DNA of 64,000 nucleotides, taken from contig JAAWSV010000009.1 of the NCBI GenBank assembly GCA_022801715.1, positions 292 through 64,291 of the forward strand. Reading direction: 5' to 3'. The DNA is from Oscillospiraceae bacterium. Its GTDB lineage: Bacteria; Bacillota; Clostridia; Oscillospirales; Oscillospiraceae. The translations under genes were made by a program, and so were the position numbers. The notes beneath the pieces are model-generated. The model did not search any database. It saw only the letters and a program-made list of their open reading frames with translations, and was not told where the DNA came from. Position 1 is the first letter of the stretch, and each line of letters opens with the position of its first letter. Below are positions 17,035 to 26,298 of the stretch, piece by piece.

Positions 17035-18456
17035 TCAATACGTGAACTTCTCCTCCAGCCACGCCTTCAGCTCACTGATGGGCACACGCACCTGCTCCAT
17101 GGTGTCCCGGTTGCGGATGGTCACGGCGTTGTCCGCTGTCTCCGTGTCACTGCCCACGGTCTGGAAGTCCACGGTAACGCAATAGGGGGTGCCGATCTCG
17201 TCCTGACGGCGGTAACGCTTGCCGATGCTGCCGGCGTCGTCGTAGTCCACCATCCAGTACTTGCTCAGAAGCTGCTGCACCTCGCGGCCTTTCTCGGAGA
17301 GCTTCTTACTCAGGGGCAATACGGCCACCTTGAAGGGGGCTAAGGCCGGGTGGAGGTGGAGGACCACGCGGGTGTCGTTTTTCTCCGCGTCCACAACCTC
17401 CTCATCGTAGGCGTCAATGAGGAAGGCCAAGGTCACACGGTCAGCACCCAAGGAGGGCTCGATGACGTAAGGGACATAGTGCTCGTTGGCCTCTTGGTCG
17501 AAGTAGGTCTGATCCTTGCCGGAGGTGGTCTGGTGGGCAGTGAGATCGAAATCGGTGCGGCTGGCTACGCCCCAGAGTTCTCCCCAACCGAAGGGAAAGA
17601 CGAACTCAAAGTCCGTGGTGGCATTGGAGTAGTGGGAGAGCTCCTCCGGCTCGTGATCTCTAAGGCGCAGGTTCTCCTCCCGCATCCCCAGGTTCAGGAG
17701 CCAGTCCTTGCAGAACTGCTTCCAGTAGGCGAACCACTCCAACTCAGTGCCGGGCTTGCAGAAGAACTCCAGCTCCATCTGCTCGAATTCCCGGGTGCGG
17801 AAGGTGAAGTTGCCCGGGGTGATCTCGTTGCGGAAGGATTTACCCACTTGGCAGACGCCGAAGGGCAGCTTCCGGCGGGTGGTCCGCTGGACGTTCTGGA
17901 AGTTGACGAAGATGCCCTGCGCGGTCTCCGGGCGGAGGTAGACGGTGTTCTTGGCGTCCTCGGTGACGCCTTGAAAGGTCTTGAACATCAGGTTGAACTG
18001 GCGGATATCCGTCCAATTGTGCTTACCGCAGGTGGGGCAGGGAATCTGGTGGGCGGAAATGAAATCCTTCATCTCCTGCTGGCTGAGGGAGTCCACACTG
18101 TGACCTATATCGAAGTGGTTGGCCTCGCACCAGTCCTCAATGACCTTGTCGGCCCGAAAACGCTCCTTGCACTCCTTACAGTCCATGAGGGGATCGGAGA
18201 AGCCGCCCACATGGCCGCTGGCCACCCAAACCTGCGGGTTCATGAGGATGGCGGCGTCGAGCCCCACATTATAGGGGTTTTCTTGGACGAACTTTTTCCA
18301 CCAAGCCTTCTTGATGTTGTTCTTCAGCTCCACACCTAAGGGTCCGTAGTCCCAAGTGTTGGCAAGGCCGCCGTAGATCTCCGAGCCGGCGAAGATGAAG
18401 CCCCGGCCCTTACAGAGGGTGACGATTTTGTCCATGGTTTTGTCAGTGTTTTTCAT
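17035..18456 (-). CDS. glyQS: Glycyl-tRNA synthetase (alpha2 GlyQS type)
   Basis: In-frame ATG at 18456 with AAAGGAG RBS inside ORF 17035..18666. [41 protein letters not shown] is the canonical N-terminus. [25 protein letters not shown] is also present. The upstream 70 codons translate REP modules. Confidence 0.95.
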   Translation of the reverse strand: MKNTDKTMDKIVTLCKGRGFIFAGSEIYGGLANTWDYGPLGVELKNNIKKAWWKKFVQENPYNVGLDAAILMNPQVWVASGHVGGFSDPLMDCKECKERFRADKVIEDWCEANHFDIGHSVDSLSQQEMKDFISAHQIPCPTCGKHNWTDIRQFNLMFKTFQGVTEDAKNTVYLRPETAQGIFVNFQNVQRTTRRKLPFGVCQVGKSFRNEITPGNFTFRTREFEQMELEFFCKPGTELEWFAYWKQFCKDWLLNLGMREENLRLRDHEPEELSHYSNATTDFEFVFPFGWGELWGVASRTDFDLTAHQTTSGKDQTYFDQEANEHYVPYVIEPSLGADRVTLAFLIDAYDEEVVDAEKNDTRVVLHLHPALAPFKVAVLPLSKKLSEKGREVQQLLSKYWMVDYDDAGSIGKRYRRQDEIGTPYCVTVDFQTVGSDTETADNAVTIRNRDTMEQVRVPISELKAWLEEKFTY

Positions 18457-18477
18457 TTTTTGCTCCTTTATGATGAA

Positions 18478-18625
18478 AAATTTTGATGACTGTAGGGGAA
18501 TTCCGCCGCTGGGGGAGGACAGGCGCACGATGTGTGCCCATACATGTGTTCGGCCATGGCGCTCATAGGGCGCGACGGCCTTGGTGCACCGTCCCCCGTC
18601 AACTGGAATGATTGGATAAAACGTG
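18478..18625 (-). repeat. REP/BIME-like cluster R4 (minus-strand orientation)
   Basis: Minus strand reads ATTCCAGTTGACGGGGGACGGTGCACCAAGGCCGTCGCGCC-CTATG, then GTAT-GGGCACACATCGTGCGCC. These are the same units as the plus-strand clusters, here between the T-box terminator and the glyQS start. Confidence 0.8.
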
Positions 18626-18664
18626 CGTGAGGTAGATATTATTTGTACATTTGGTGGGCGAGGC

Positions 18665-18889
18665 AATTAAAAACGCCCTGAGCCTGCTGGCTCAGGGCGA
18701 ACGATTGTCCGCGGTTCCACCTGATTTCGCGCCTCTTGGCGCGCACTCTGCCCGGTAACGGCGGGATCCGGCGGGTATTTTCTTCCCGCGGCTCAGGAGG
18801 CGCCTCTCCCCTGCTCCGGCGGGGACTTGCACCGTCCGTCCCCTCTCTGCGGCCGAATCACAGGGTCTTTTCCTCCGTCTTTGCCTGTA
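18665..18889 (-). promoter_or_regulatory. T-box leader (glycine specifier GGC) controlling glyQS
   Basis: Minus strand shows an AGAGA bulge and a GGUGCAAG distal-loop motif. GGC (complement of 18802-18804) sits just 5' of the stem I closing strand CCUCC. T-box sequence AAUCAGGUGGAACCGCGG (18704-18721) is followed by terminator CGCCCUGAGCC agca GGCUCAGGGCG UUUUU (18665-18696). Confidence 0.85.
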
Positions 18890-18895
18890 GGAGGG

Positions 18896-18924
18896 AGTTT
18901 AACACGTTTTTCCCCCGTTGTCAA
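18896..18924 (-). promoter_or_regulatory. Sigma-A type promoter of the glyQS T-box leader
   Basis: Minus strand TTGACA (18919-18924), 17-nt spacer ending in TGt, TAAACT (18896-18901). Confidence 0.65.
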
Positions 18925-18976
18925 GACAGTGGGGGAAAACGTTTGAAACGGGAGTATATGCGGCCATAAAACAACC

Positions 18977-19345
18977 TCAGACACCGCGCCAAGCCAAGCC
19001 CGCCTCAAAGCCCCGGCGGAAAGCTGCCACGGAGGACAGCAGCAGGAGATTGGCAAGAGCGTAGCCAAAGAGAATCCCCGTTACAAGACGCCGGAAATTT
19101 CCACTCTCATACCTTGTACAAAGCTGCAGCATGCCGTCTGCAACTAAGGGGAGCAGAAGAACCAAGGAGCAGATGGCATCGGGGTGTCCTATCACCCAAG
19201 TTGGAAACAGCAGGGCCATTCCGATCAGCTCCCCTGTGCAGCGGGCGCAGACAGGGAGCTGCCGCCCTCTGAAAAAGAAGGAGCGATCCGGACGGCAGTG
19301 GCAGCCGAAGAGGATGGGCAGCCACTTATAGAACCATGCCGTCAC
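18977..19345 (-). CDS. DUF2085-like membrane protein
   Basis: 122 aa. The CHCRPDRSFFFRGRQLPVCARCTG motif plus TM helices is typical of DUF2085. Confidence 0.75.
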   Translation of the reverse strand: MTAWFYKWLPILFGCHCRPDRSFFFRGRQLPVCARCTGELIGMALLFPTWVIGHPDAICSLVLLLPLVADGMLQLCTRYESGNFRRLVTGILFGYALANLLLLSSVAAFRRGFEAGLAWRGV

Positions 19346-19626
19346 ATCATTGCTACGCCGAGGCCGATGACAAATATCACAATGTAATAGATCACCAAGC
19401 AGATGACACTGACCAGCGCACCGATGCCGGCCGCTTTACTGGTCTTAGGCTTGGTGTCTTTCCAGACCAAATAGAGAATCAGACCCACCAAGGGAATACA
19501 ACAGCCCAAAAGCCCCCACAGAAACCCGCCTTTATCCTCCACTTCCGGTGTCTGCTGTACGCCGCACTTGGGGCAGATGACCGCCTGATCATCAATTTCC
19601 GCGCCACACTTCTTGCAATACGCCAT
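19342..19626 (-). CDS. Zinc-ribbon domain membrane protein
   Basis: Track ORF 19342..19641. ATG at 19626 is preceded by GGAGG at 8-nt spacing. CKKCG...CPKCG zinc ribbon followed by two TM segments. Overlaps the next gene by 4 nt. Confidence 0.65.
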   Translation of the reverse strand: MAYCKKCGAEIDDQAVICPKCGVQQTPEVEDKGGFLWGLLGCCIPLVGLILYLVWKDTKPKTSKAAGIGALVSVICLVIYYIVIFVIGLGVAMM

Positions 19627-19761
19627 TCTTTCATCCTCCATAACATACGAATTGGGTAGACAATGCCCTCATGGAGGACTCGGCAAGGCCTGCAGCCTTC
19701 TGCCCCTTCCCCCACTCTTCTTCCAAAACTGAACTAAATAGTCTCGACAAAGTCCTACACC

Positions 19762-19790
19762 ATTTTACCCTTCTGAAAATTGCTTGTCAA
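19762..19790 (-). promoter_or_regulatory. Sigma-A type promoter for the zinc-ribbon/DUF2085 pair
   Basis: Minus strand TTGACA (19785-19790), 17-nt spacer, TAAAAT (19762-19767). Confidence 0.6.
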
Positions 19791-19793
19791 GGG

Positions 19794-19832
19794 ATAAAAA
19801 AACAGGGAGGGTCCAAAAGGAGCCTCCCTGTT
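19794..19832 (-). terminator. Intrinsic terminator after jag
   Basis: Minus strand AACAGGGAGG ctccttttggac CCTCCCTGTT followed by TTTTTTT. Confidence 0.85.
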
Positions 19833-19861
19833 CAGCATATTAACAGTACCGCACAAAGTGC

Positions 19862-20743
19862 TTATCGCTCATAGGCCACTACCACCCGCCGGTTAGGATC
19901 GGTTCCTGTGGAGTAGGTGGTGACATGGGCGTACTCTTGGAGGGCGGTATGGATTACATGGCGCTCATAGGCGTTCATGGGCTCCAAGGTTACGTTTTTC
20001 CGGTAACGCACCACTTTGCCAGCTACCTTCAGGGCCAAATTTTGCAGACTCTGCTCGCGCTTTTCCCGGTAGTTCTCCGCGTCTACGTGGACACGCACAC
20101 GCTTGTCACTGCCCCGGTTCACCGAGTAGTTGGTGAGCTGCTGGATGGCGTCCAGCGTCTCGCCCCGGCGGCCGATGAGCTGGCCCAGCTTTTCACCCTC
20201 TAAGTAGACCTTATAGCGGTCCTTCTCCGTCTGGTACACCTTGACACGGGCGGCACTGCCCATGTGCTCCATAAGGCCGGTGAGGAAGGTGCGGATCTGC
20301 TCCGCCTTGGCGTCTGTGGCCTCCTCCCCTAAGTCCACAGGGGCGGGACGGGGAGCGGCGGCGGGTTCCGGCTGCTCGATTTTTTCCGGGCGGGCGGGCT
20401 GCTCCGCTCTCTCGGGACGCTGGGTATGATCAGGACGGGGCTGACGGTCCTGGCGCTGGGGGGGCTCTGGACGCTCTCGGCGCTCCTGACGCTGAGGACG
20501 CTCTGTTCTCTGGGGGCGCTCCGCCGGGGGGGGCGTGACTTTAGATACGGGGACAGGGGTCTCCTCCGGGGCATCGTCATAGGTGACACGGACCTTGGCG
20601 GGGCTGGCACCGATGCCCAAAAAGCCGGACTTGGCCCGCTCTAAAATCTCCACGGATACATCATCCCGGTCCAGACCAAGCTGCTCTAAGGCCTTGGCGA
20701 TGGCCTCCGCCTCGGTCTTGCCTGTTACATCAATATATCGCAT
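19862..20743 (-). CDS. jag: Jag/KhpB RNA-binding protein (Jag_N, KH, R3H)
   Basis: 293 aa. N-terminal MRYIDVTGKTEAEAIAKALEQLG, C-terminal KH/R3H region (IGRRGETLDAIQQL...LEPMNAYERHVIHTAL). A long P/E/R/Q-rich linker lies between them. Downstream of yidC as usual. Confidence 0.9.
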   Translation of the reverse strand: MRYIDVTGKTEAEAIAKALEQLGLDRDDVSVEILERAKSGFLGIGASPAKVRVTYDDAPEETPVPVSKVTPPPAERPQRTERPQRQERRERPEPPQRQDRQPRPDHTQRPERAEQPARPEKIEQPEPAAAPRPAPVDLGEEATDAKAEQIRTFLTGLMEHMGSAARVKVYQTEKDRYKVYLEGEKLGQLIGRRGETLDAIQQLTNYSVNRGSDKRVRVHVDAENYREKREQSLQNLALKVAGKVVRYRKNVTLEPMNAYERHVIHTALQEYAHVTTYSTGTDPNRRVVVAYER

Positions 20744-20799
20744 AACCTGTGCTCCTCAATTTGATTTTTCAGGTTTTGATTGGGGTTTCAGGAGGAAAC

Positions 20800-21861
20800 C
20801 TACTCCTCCTCGCCGTAGCGATTCGGCACGTAGCTGCGGCCGCGGGCGTAGGGGCGCTCCCCTACACGGCCCGCCTCGTTGGTGGGATTCTTCTTCTTTT
20901 CCACAGGCTTGGGGGGCATCTTTTTCTTGGGCTTGGGGTGCTCCTTCTCCTCCAAAGCCTGACGCTTGGCCTCCTCCATGCGGAGCTGACGGGCGGCGGC
21001 CCGCTTGGCCTCCCGCTCATCCTCCTCAGCTTGAAGCTTCTTGTTGAAATACTTGCCCAAGGTGGCCTCCTGCAGGATAGAGAACACGCTGTTGGCAAGG
21101 AAATAGACACCTAAGGCCACGGGGAGGATGAAACCAAAATACACACTCATGAGGGGCATCATCAGCATCACGCCCTTCATGTTGGCCTGCTGCTGCTGGC
21201 CGTTGGAGGTATTGGTGACCTTGCTCATCAGGTAACTGAGAAGGCCGGAGAGCACCGGGATGGCCAAGACGCCGATGACGGGCCAAGTGGGCTGGAAATT
21301 CTTGATAAGATCCGTGGGCACAACAGTGAGGTCCAAACCCAAAAAGTCGAAGTCTACATTCATCAGACCATCGAACTTACCCTCGAAAGCACTCCAGTTC
21401 TCGGAGATGAAGCGGGTCATGCCGATCTGCTCGTACCCCACATTGCCGATGGTGTGGCCCATGGAGAGGGCCAGCTCCTTCACCTGCTCATAGGCACTGT
21501 CGCTCAGACGCATGAAATGGGTGATGGGCAGACGGATGATATAGTACAGGAAGATCATGATAGGCAGAGGGATCAGGCTCCACAGACATCCGCCCATGGG
21601 GTTGATCCCCTCGTCTGTATAGAGCTTTTGCAGCTCCTCTTGGTACTTCATCTTGTTGTTGGCGTACTTCTTCTCCAGCTCCTTCTGCTTGTCCGCCAAA
21701 CGGCCCATACGGACCATACTCTTCTTGCTCTTCATCTGGAAGGGCAGCATCACCAGCTTCACCACCAAGGTGAAGAGGATCAGGGCCACGCCGTAGGACC
21801 CGGTGAGGCTGTAGAACAGGCGCATCAGCCAAGCGAAAGGCGCGGTAATCAGTCTTATCAT
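20800..21861 (-). CDS. yidC: YidC/SpoIIIJ membrane protein insertase
   Basis: Track ORF 20800..21903. ATG 21861 has a GGAGG RBS. YidC/Oxa1 core (LILFTLVVKLVMLPFQMKSKKSM, MPLMSVYFGFILPVALGVYFLANSVFSILQE) and a basic C-terminal tail. Confidence 0.9.
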   Translation of the reverse strand: MIRLITAPFAWLMRLFYSLTGSYGVALILFTLVVKLVMLPFQMKSKKSMVRMGRLADKQKELEKKYANNKMKYQEELQKLYTDEGINPMGGCLWSLIPLPIMIFLYYIIRLPITHFMRLSDSAYEQVKELALSMGHTIGNVGYEQIGMTRFISENWSAFEGKFDGLMNVDFDFLGLDLTVVPTDLIKNFQPTWPVIGVLAIPVLSGLLSYLMSKVTNTSNGQQQQANMKGVMLMMPLMSVYFGFILPVALGVYFLANSVFSILQEATLGKYFNKKLQAEEDEREAKRAAARQLRMEEAKRQALEEKEHPKPKKKMPPKPVEKKKNPTNEAGRVGERPYARGRSYVPNRYGEEE

Positions 21862-22042
21862 CAGTTGAGTTCCTCCATCTATGGTAGATAGGGTTGGAAT
21901 CACAGGGCGTGATCACGGGGATCAGGGCGAGGAGGGATACGGCGTCCTGAGATCACCGTACCCTGCGGATTTTGCGTGATCGGACTTGGTACACACAGCA
22001 CGTCCCTACATCAGATTTTCCGTGTTCAGACAGCCCGTTTCC

Positions 22043-22255
22043 TTATGGGACCGGGTCGTAATAGCTTCCCTTGTGAAAGGGATGGCATCGCAGCAGACGT
22101 TTAAGTGCCAGAAAGCCGCCCTTCACCGCACCATACTTCTCCACCGCCTCTAAGGCATACTGGGAGCAGGTGGGGGTGAAACGGCAGCGGGGAGGAAAAT
22201 AGGGGGAGATGGCGAGCTGGTAGAAGCGGATCAGAAGCAGAAACACCCTCTTCAC
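22043..22255 (-). CDS. yidD: Membrane protein insertion efficiency factor YidD
   Basis: 70 aa. [30 protein letters not shown]...CHPF is the YidD signature. Confidence 0.9.
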   Translation of the reverse strand: MKRVFLLLIRFYQLAISPYFPPRCRFTPTCSQYALEAVEKYGAVKGGFLALKRLLRCHPFHKGSYYDPVP

Positions 22256-22596
22256 GGCTGTTCCTCCCAGATGCTCAGCTTTTTGCAGCTCTTCTGAAAG
22301 GTCTCCAGCAGGCGGGAGAAGGGCAGATCCAAGGCACGGGAACGGCCCACCAACACCACATCGTACCCCGGCTTCAGGTGGGGCAGGGAGAGGCGGTAAA
22401 CCTCCCGCAGGCGGCGTTTGATCCGGTTGCGGACCACCGCCTTGCCCAGCTTGGTGGAGACGGTAATACCCAAACGGCTGCCACCTGTCTTACTGCGCCG
22501 GCAGTAGATCACCATGACCGGCGCCACGGCGCTCTTGCCATGCTGGTAGAGCCGGCGGAACTCCCAATTCTCTTTTAAGGTCACCGCGCGCTTCAT
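22252..22596 (-). CDS. rnpA: Ribonuclease P protein component
   Basis: In-frame ATG 22596 (GGAGGGGG RBS) inside ORF 22252..22635. [16 protein letters not shown]...[23 protein letters not shown]. Between rpmH and yidD. Confidence 0.9.
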   Translation of the reverse strand: MKRAVTLKENWEFRRLYQHGKSAVAPVMVIYCRRSKTGGSRLGITVSTKLGKAVVRNRIKRRLREVYRLSLPHLKPGYDVVLVGRSRALDLPFSRLLETFQKSCKKLSIWEEQP

Positions 22597-22686
22597 GCCC
22601 AGCCCCCTCCGGTATAGCCGCTTAGGGACGGGCACTTCGGTACCCGTCCCTCACGCTGATCTATCTGCGATGCACGTTCCGCGCCC

Positions 22687-22821
22687 TCAATGGGTCAGAC
22701 GGGCGCGACCCTTGGCACGACGGCGGGCCAGCACCTTGCGGCCATTGGCAGTGCGCATTCTCTTGCGGAAGCCATGTTCCTTGGACCGCTGGCGCTTCTT
22801 GGGCTGATAGGTACGGATCAT
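22687..22821 (-). CDS. rpmH: 50S ribosomal protein L34
   Basis: 44 aa, [44 protein letters not shown], at the C-terminal end of track ORF 22687..23115. Confidence 0.95.
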   Translation of the reverse strand: MIRTYQPKKRQRSKEHGFRKRMRTANGRKVLARRRAKGRARLTH

Positions 22822-23283
22822 GCAATACACCTCTTTCTTCCTTTGAATTTTCTGTGGGGTACTTCCCCACTGCACGACGACGGGGCCGGTCTGGCCACGC
22901 CGCAGCGGACAAAAAGCAGCCCCCCGCAACGGGAGGACAATGTACAAGGTATTATACGGGATTTTTAATGGGCTGTCAACAAAAATTTCGCGGCGCTGTG
23001 AAAAAAACAGGGGAAAAGGGAGGATTTTCCCCCGGGTGTCCACTGAAATTTCACCCTTTAGGTTCCCGGCGGTGTTACAGAGCGTGCAACAAATAAACAT
23101 TTGGGGATTGTACATGGGGGGATTTTCAGGAAAAGGAATGGGGTCAGCGGCAATTCTTTATATTTAGAATAGGTATATCTGAGTTTAGTATTGATTTCTC
23201 TTGATTTTTTTGATAGAATAAGAGTGGTATTTTTGTCTATTTTTACCGGCTTCCCCACTGGGAGAGAGAAAGGAGCCAGAGCA

Positions 23284-24603
23284 TTGAACTCTATTCATGA
23301 TATCTGGAAGATGGTGCTGGAACAGATGAAATCCGAGCTTTATGAGACCACCATCAACACTTGGTTTAACGAGACCGAGCCCGTGGCTTTGGACGGCAAT
23401 ACCCTGATCCTCCACTGTGGCAATGAGTTTAAGCGCAGCACCATTGAGGACCGCTTCTTAGGGAACATTGCCGCCGCTTTGAAGGATATCTTCTCTGTGG
23501 AGTTCACCGTGCGCATCCTCAGCGATCAGGCTCTCAGCGCCTACCGGGTGGGGGGAACCACCAAGCGGCCGGGGAGTATGTTTGAGAGCAATGAGTTCAC
23601 CTTTGAGAACTTCGTGGTGGGGCCCTCCAACAAGCTGGCCTTCGCCGCCGCCAAGGCGGTGGCCTCCCAGCCGGCGGAGCACTACAACCCCCTCTTTATT
23701 TACGGCGACAGCGGCTTGGGCAAAACCCACCTCATCTACTCCATCGCCCACGAGATCATGGAAAAGCGGCCGGAGGCCCGTATTGTCTACATCAAAGGTG
23801 ACGACTTCATCAACGAGTTTATTGAGACCGTCCGCAGCGGCAAGGGGCAGGACTTCCGCAGCAAGTACCGGGAGGCGGACCTGCTGCTGGTGGACGATAT
23901 CCAGTTTGTGGCGGGTAAGGAGGAGACACAAAACGAGTTTTTCCATACCTTCAACACCCTCTATGAGTCCCACCGGCAGATCGTCCTCACCTCCGACCGG
24001 CCTCCGCAGGAGATGAGCCGCCTGGATGACCGGCTCCGTACCCGGTTTGAGTGGGGGCTTCTGGTGGACGTGCAGCCGCCGGATCTGGAGACCCGTATTG
24101 CTATCGTGCAGAACAAGGCCGCTCAACTGGGGCTGGTGATCGACAAGGACATTGTGAACTATATCGCTGAGAATGTCACCGCTAACGTCCGGCAGCTGGA
24201 GGGCACGGTGAAGAAGGTAAAGGCCTATAAGGACCTCTTAGAGAAGGACGTGGACACGGAGAATGTGAACAAGGCCATCCAGGATATGCTCCGGAAGGAG
24301 AACGAGTATATTCCTACGGTGGAGGACATTATCGCGGAGATCTGTAAGGTCTATCGCATCGACCAGAAGGTTATCCGGGGCCAGCAGCGGGATCGGGACG
24401 CGGTGCGCAGCCGTCAGGTGGCCATGTACCTGATCCGCCGGCTCTGCAACTACTCCTACAAGGACATCGGCAAGGAGTTCGGCAACCGGGATCATACCAC
24501 TGTGATGCACTCCATCGAGCAGGTAGAACGGAGGATTGCCAAGGACGCCGCTTTCTCCGAGACCGTGAAGGCTATTACTACCAATATCAATAACCGGAAG
24601 TAG
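23284..24603 (+). CDS. dnaA: Chromosomal replication initiator protein DnaA
   Basis: Track ORF 23191..24603. TTG at 23284 lies 8 nt after AAGGAG and yields (M)NSIHDIWKMVLEQMKSEL, like DnaA N-termini. AAA+ motifs GDSGLGKTHL and LLLVDDIQF. Domain IV has RDHTTVMHS. Confidence 0.95.
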   Translation: MNSIHDIWKMVLEQMKSELYETTINTWFNETEPVALDGNTLILHCGNEFKRSTIEDRFLGNIAAALKDIFSVEFTVRILSDQALSAYRVGGTTKRPGSMFESNEFTFENFVVGPSNKLAFAAAKAVASQPAEHYNPLFIYGDSGLGKTHLIYSIAHEIMEKRPEARIVYIKGDDFINEFIETVRSGKGQDFRSKYREADLLLVDDIQFVAGKEETQNEFFHTFNTLYESHRQIVLTSDRPPQEMSRLDDRLRTRFEWGLLVDVQPPDLETRIAIVQNKAAQLGLVIDKDIVNYIAENVTANVRQLEGTVKKVKAYKDLLEKDVDTENVNKAIQDMLRKENEYIPTVEDIIAEICKVYRIDQKVIRGQQRDRDAVRSRQVAMYLIRRLCNYSYKDIGKEFGNRDHTTVMHSIEQVERRIAKDAAFSETVKAITTNINNRK

Positions 24604-24654
24604 TCAAAAAAGTGACAGATTCCAGCGAAACAGGTCAAAAGATTCACCCGCCGG

Positions 24655-24811
24655 TTTTCCACATTTCCCGACGTTTTCCCGTGGAAAAGCGGTGGATGAA
24701 ATGGGGATACTTGTGTGGATCGGAAAAGTGTGGATAAGGGGTGGGATGTATCCACAGCAGGTGTGGAGACGGGAAACCTTGCGCTATAAAGGGTAGGGGC
24801 GGTTTTCCACA
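24655..24811. promoter_or_regulatory. oriC DnaA-box cluster (dnaA-dnaN intergenic)
   Basis: Boxes are TTTTCCACA (24655-63), cGTGGAAAA (24680-88), TGTGGATcg (24714-22), TGTGGATAA (24729-37, a perfect complement of TTATCCACA), gTATCCACA (24748-56), TGTGGAgac (24762-70) and TTTTCCACA (24803-11). Confidence 0.8.
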
Positions 24812-24822
24812 AGGGCATGTGT

Positions 24823-24880
24823 CTACTACTGCTTCTGCTAAAAAAGATTATTTTATTCTCTCCATAAAAGAAAAATGCCT
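24823..24880. promoter_or_regulatory. DnaA-trio-like repeats plus AT-rich candidate unwinding element
   Basis: CTA CTA CTG CTT CTG CTA (24823-24840) gives 3'-GAT GAT GAC GAA GAC GAT-5' on the other strand. It starts 11 nt after the last DnaA box and is followed by AAAAAGATTATTTTATTCTCTCCATAAAAGAAAAAT. Confidence 0.6.
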
Positions 24881-25185
24881 CCTCCGCGAAAAAAATCCGG
24901 TGGGGGCGGCGGGAAAAGTAAAAACGCGGAAATATTCATAAATCCGCAGGGCCGCCTCCCCTCCCCTGCTACAGCTTCTCCGGGTCGATACAGGTGAAGG
25001 CGATTTGCATACCGAGGCGAAAGCCACGCTCAAAGGTGTACTGCGCGCAGGTCTTCATGGGATTATCGCGGAGATAGACCGGCACTATGTCTGGTGTGTA
25101 GCTGATACAATAGGTGTTGTAGAGGCGCTCAAAAATAACGTATCGCCACTCTAAAAATAATTTCCAATAGAAAGGAAAGCCCACT

Positions 25186-26298
25186 ATGAAATTCTCCTGT
25201 GAAAAAGCCATCCTTCTCTCCGCCATCAATACTGCCTCCCGCGCAGTATCCTCAAAGTCCTCCATTCCCGCTCTGGAGGGGCTTCTCCTTCAAGGCGAGG
25301 ACACTCTCACCGTCTCCGGTTATAACATGCAGACAGGGATTCGCACCAAGGTGGACGCAGAGGTGACACAGGGGGGCACCCTTGTGGTGAATGCCCGGCT
25401 CTTTGGTGACATCATCCGCCGGATGCCCGACGATGTGATCGTTTTTGATGCCGATGAGAAGTTAAATGTCCAGCTCTCCAGTGGTGACACCCGCTTTGAG
25501 ATTACCGCCCTCAGTGCCGATGATTATCCGGAACTGCCGGAGGTGGAGGATGAGTATAGCCTTTCCCTCCCTCAAAAGACCTTGAAAGCTATGATCAATC
25601 AGACCATCTTTGCCGTCTCCACTAATGAGGCCAGGCCGGTGCACACCGGTTCTCTCTTTGAGATTGAGGGGGATACCCTTACGGTGGTCAGTGTGGATGG
25701 GTTCCGTTTGGCTCTTCGGCGGGAGAAGATTGCACCAGCCCAGACTTTCCGATTTGTGGCCCCCGGCGGGGCGCTCAGTGAGACAGAGAAAATCTGCCAA
25801 GACAGTGATGACGAGGTAGTCATTACCATGGGAAATCGGCACCTGCTCTTTGAGATTGGCGGCACGCAGCTGATCTGCCGCCGTTTAGAGGGGGAGTTTT
25901 TGGATTACCGCAGTGCCATTCCCCGTTCCAATCCCGTTGTATTCACTGTGGAGGCCAAGGCTCTCATCACTGCTGTGGATCGGGTCAGTGTGGTGATCAG
26001 TGACAAGATGAAGAGCCCCGTCCGGTGTAAGTTTGAAAATGACTGTGTCACATTGACCGCCAAGACCGGCAGCGGGGAGGCCCGGGATGTGTGCCGTCTC
26101 AACGGGAATGGGGATGGGTTGGAGATAGGTTTCAATAACCGTTACCTTTTGGAGGCCCTGCGTTTTGCCCCGGCGGAGCAGCTGCGGCTGGAGATGAATA
26201 CCGGTATCTCGCCGGCGATTTTAGTGCCCACCGAGGGGGAGGAGAGCTTTCTTTATATGGTCCTTCCGGTGCGGCTGAAGGGGAGCGACCACGTATGA
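25186..26298 (+). CDS. dnaN: DNA polymerase III beta sliding clamp
   Basis: 370 aa. MKFSCEKAILLSAINTASRAV...IPALEGLLL start and three-domain length. Position after dnaA. Confidence 0.95.
   Translation: MKFSCEKAILLSAINTASRAVSSKSSIPALEGLLLQGEDTLTVSGYNMQTGIRTKVDAEVTQGGTLVVNARLFGDIIRRMPDDVIVFDADEKLNVQLSSGDTRFEITALSADDYPELPEVEDEYSLSLPQKTLKAMINQTIFAVSTNEARPVHTGSLFEIEGDTLTVVSVDGFRLALRREKIAPAQTFRFVAPGGALSETEKICQDSDDEVVITMGNRHLLFEIGGTQLICRRLEGEFLDYRSAIPRSNPVVFTVEAKALITAVDRVSVVISDKMKSPVRCKFENDCVTLTAKTGSGEARDVCRLNGNGDGLEIGFNNRYLLEALRFAPAEQLRLEMNTGISPAILVPTEGEESFLYMVLPVRLKGSDHV

Noticed and set aside
22822-23283. A second DnaA-box cluster upstream of dnaA (bipartite origin).
   Set aside because: Only weak matches with 3 or more mismatches were found, for example GTGTCCACT near 23037 and TGTGGGGTA near 22853. 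The AT-rich stretch at 23150-23260 is as well explained by the dnaA promoter. This is left open, but it is not supported enough to call.
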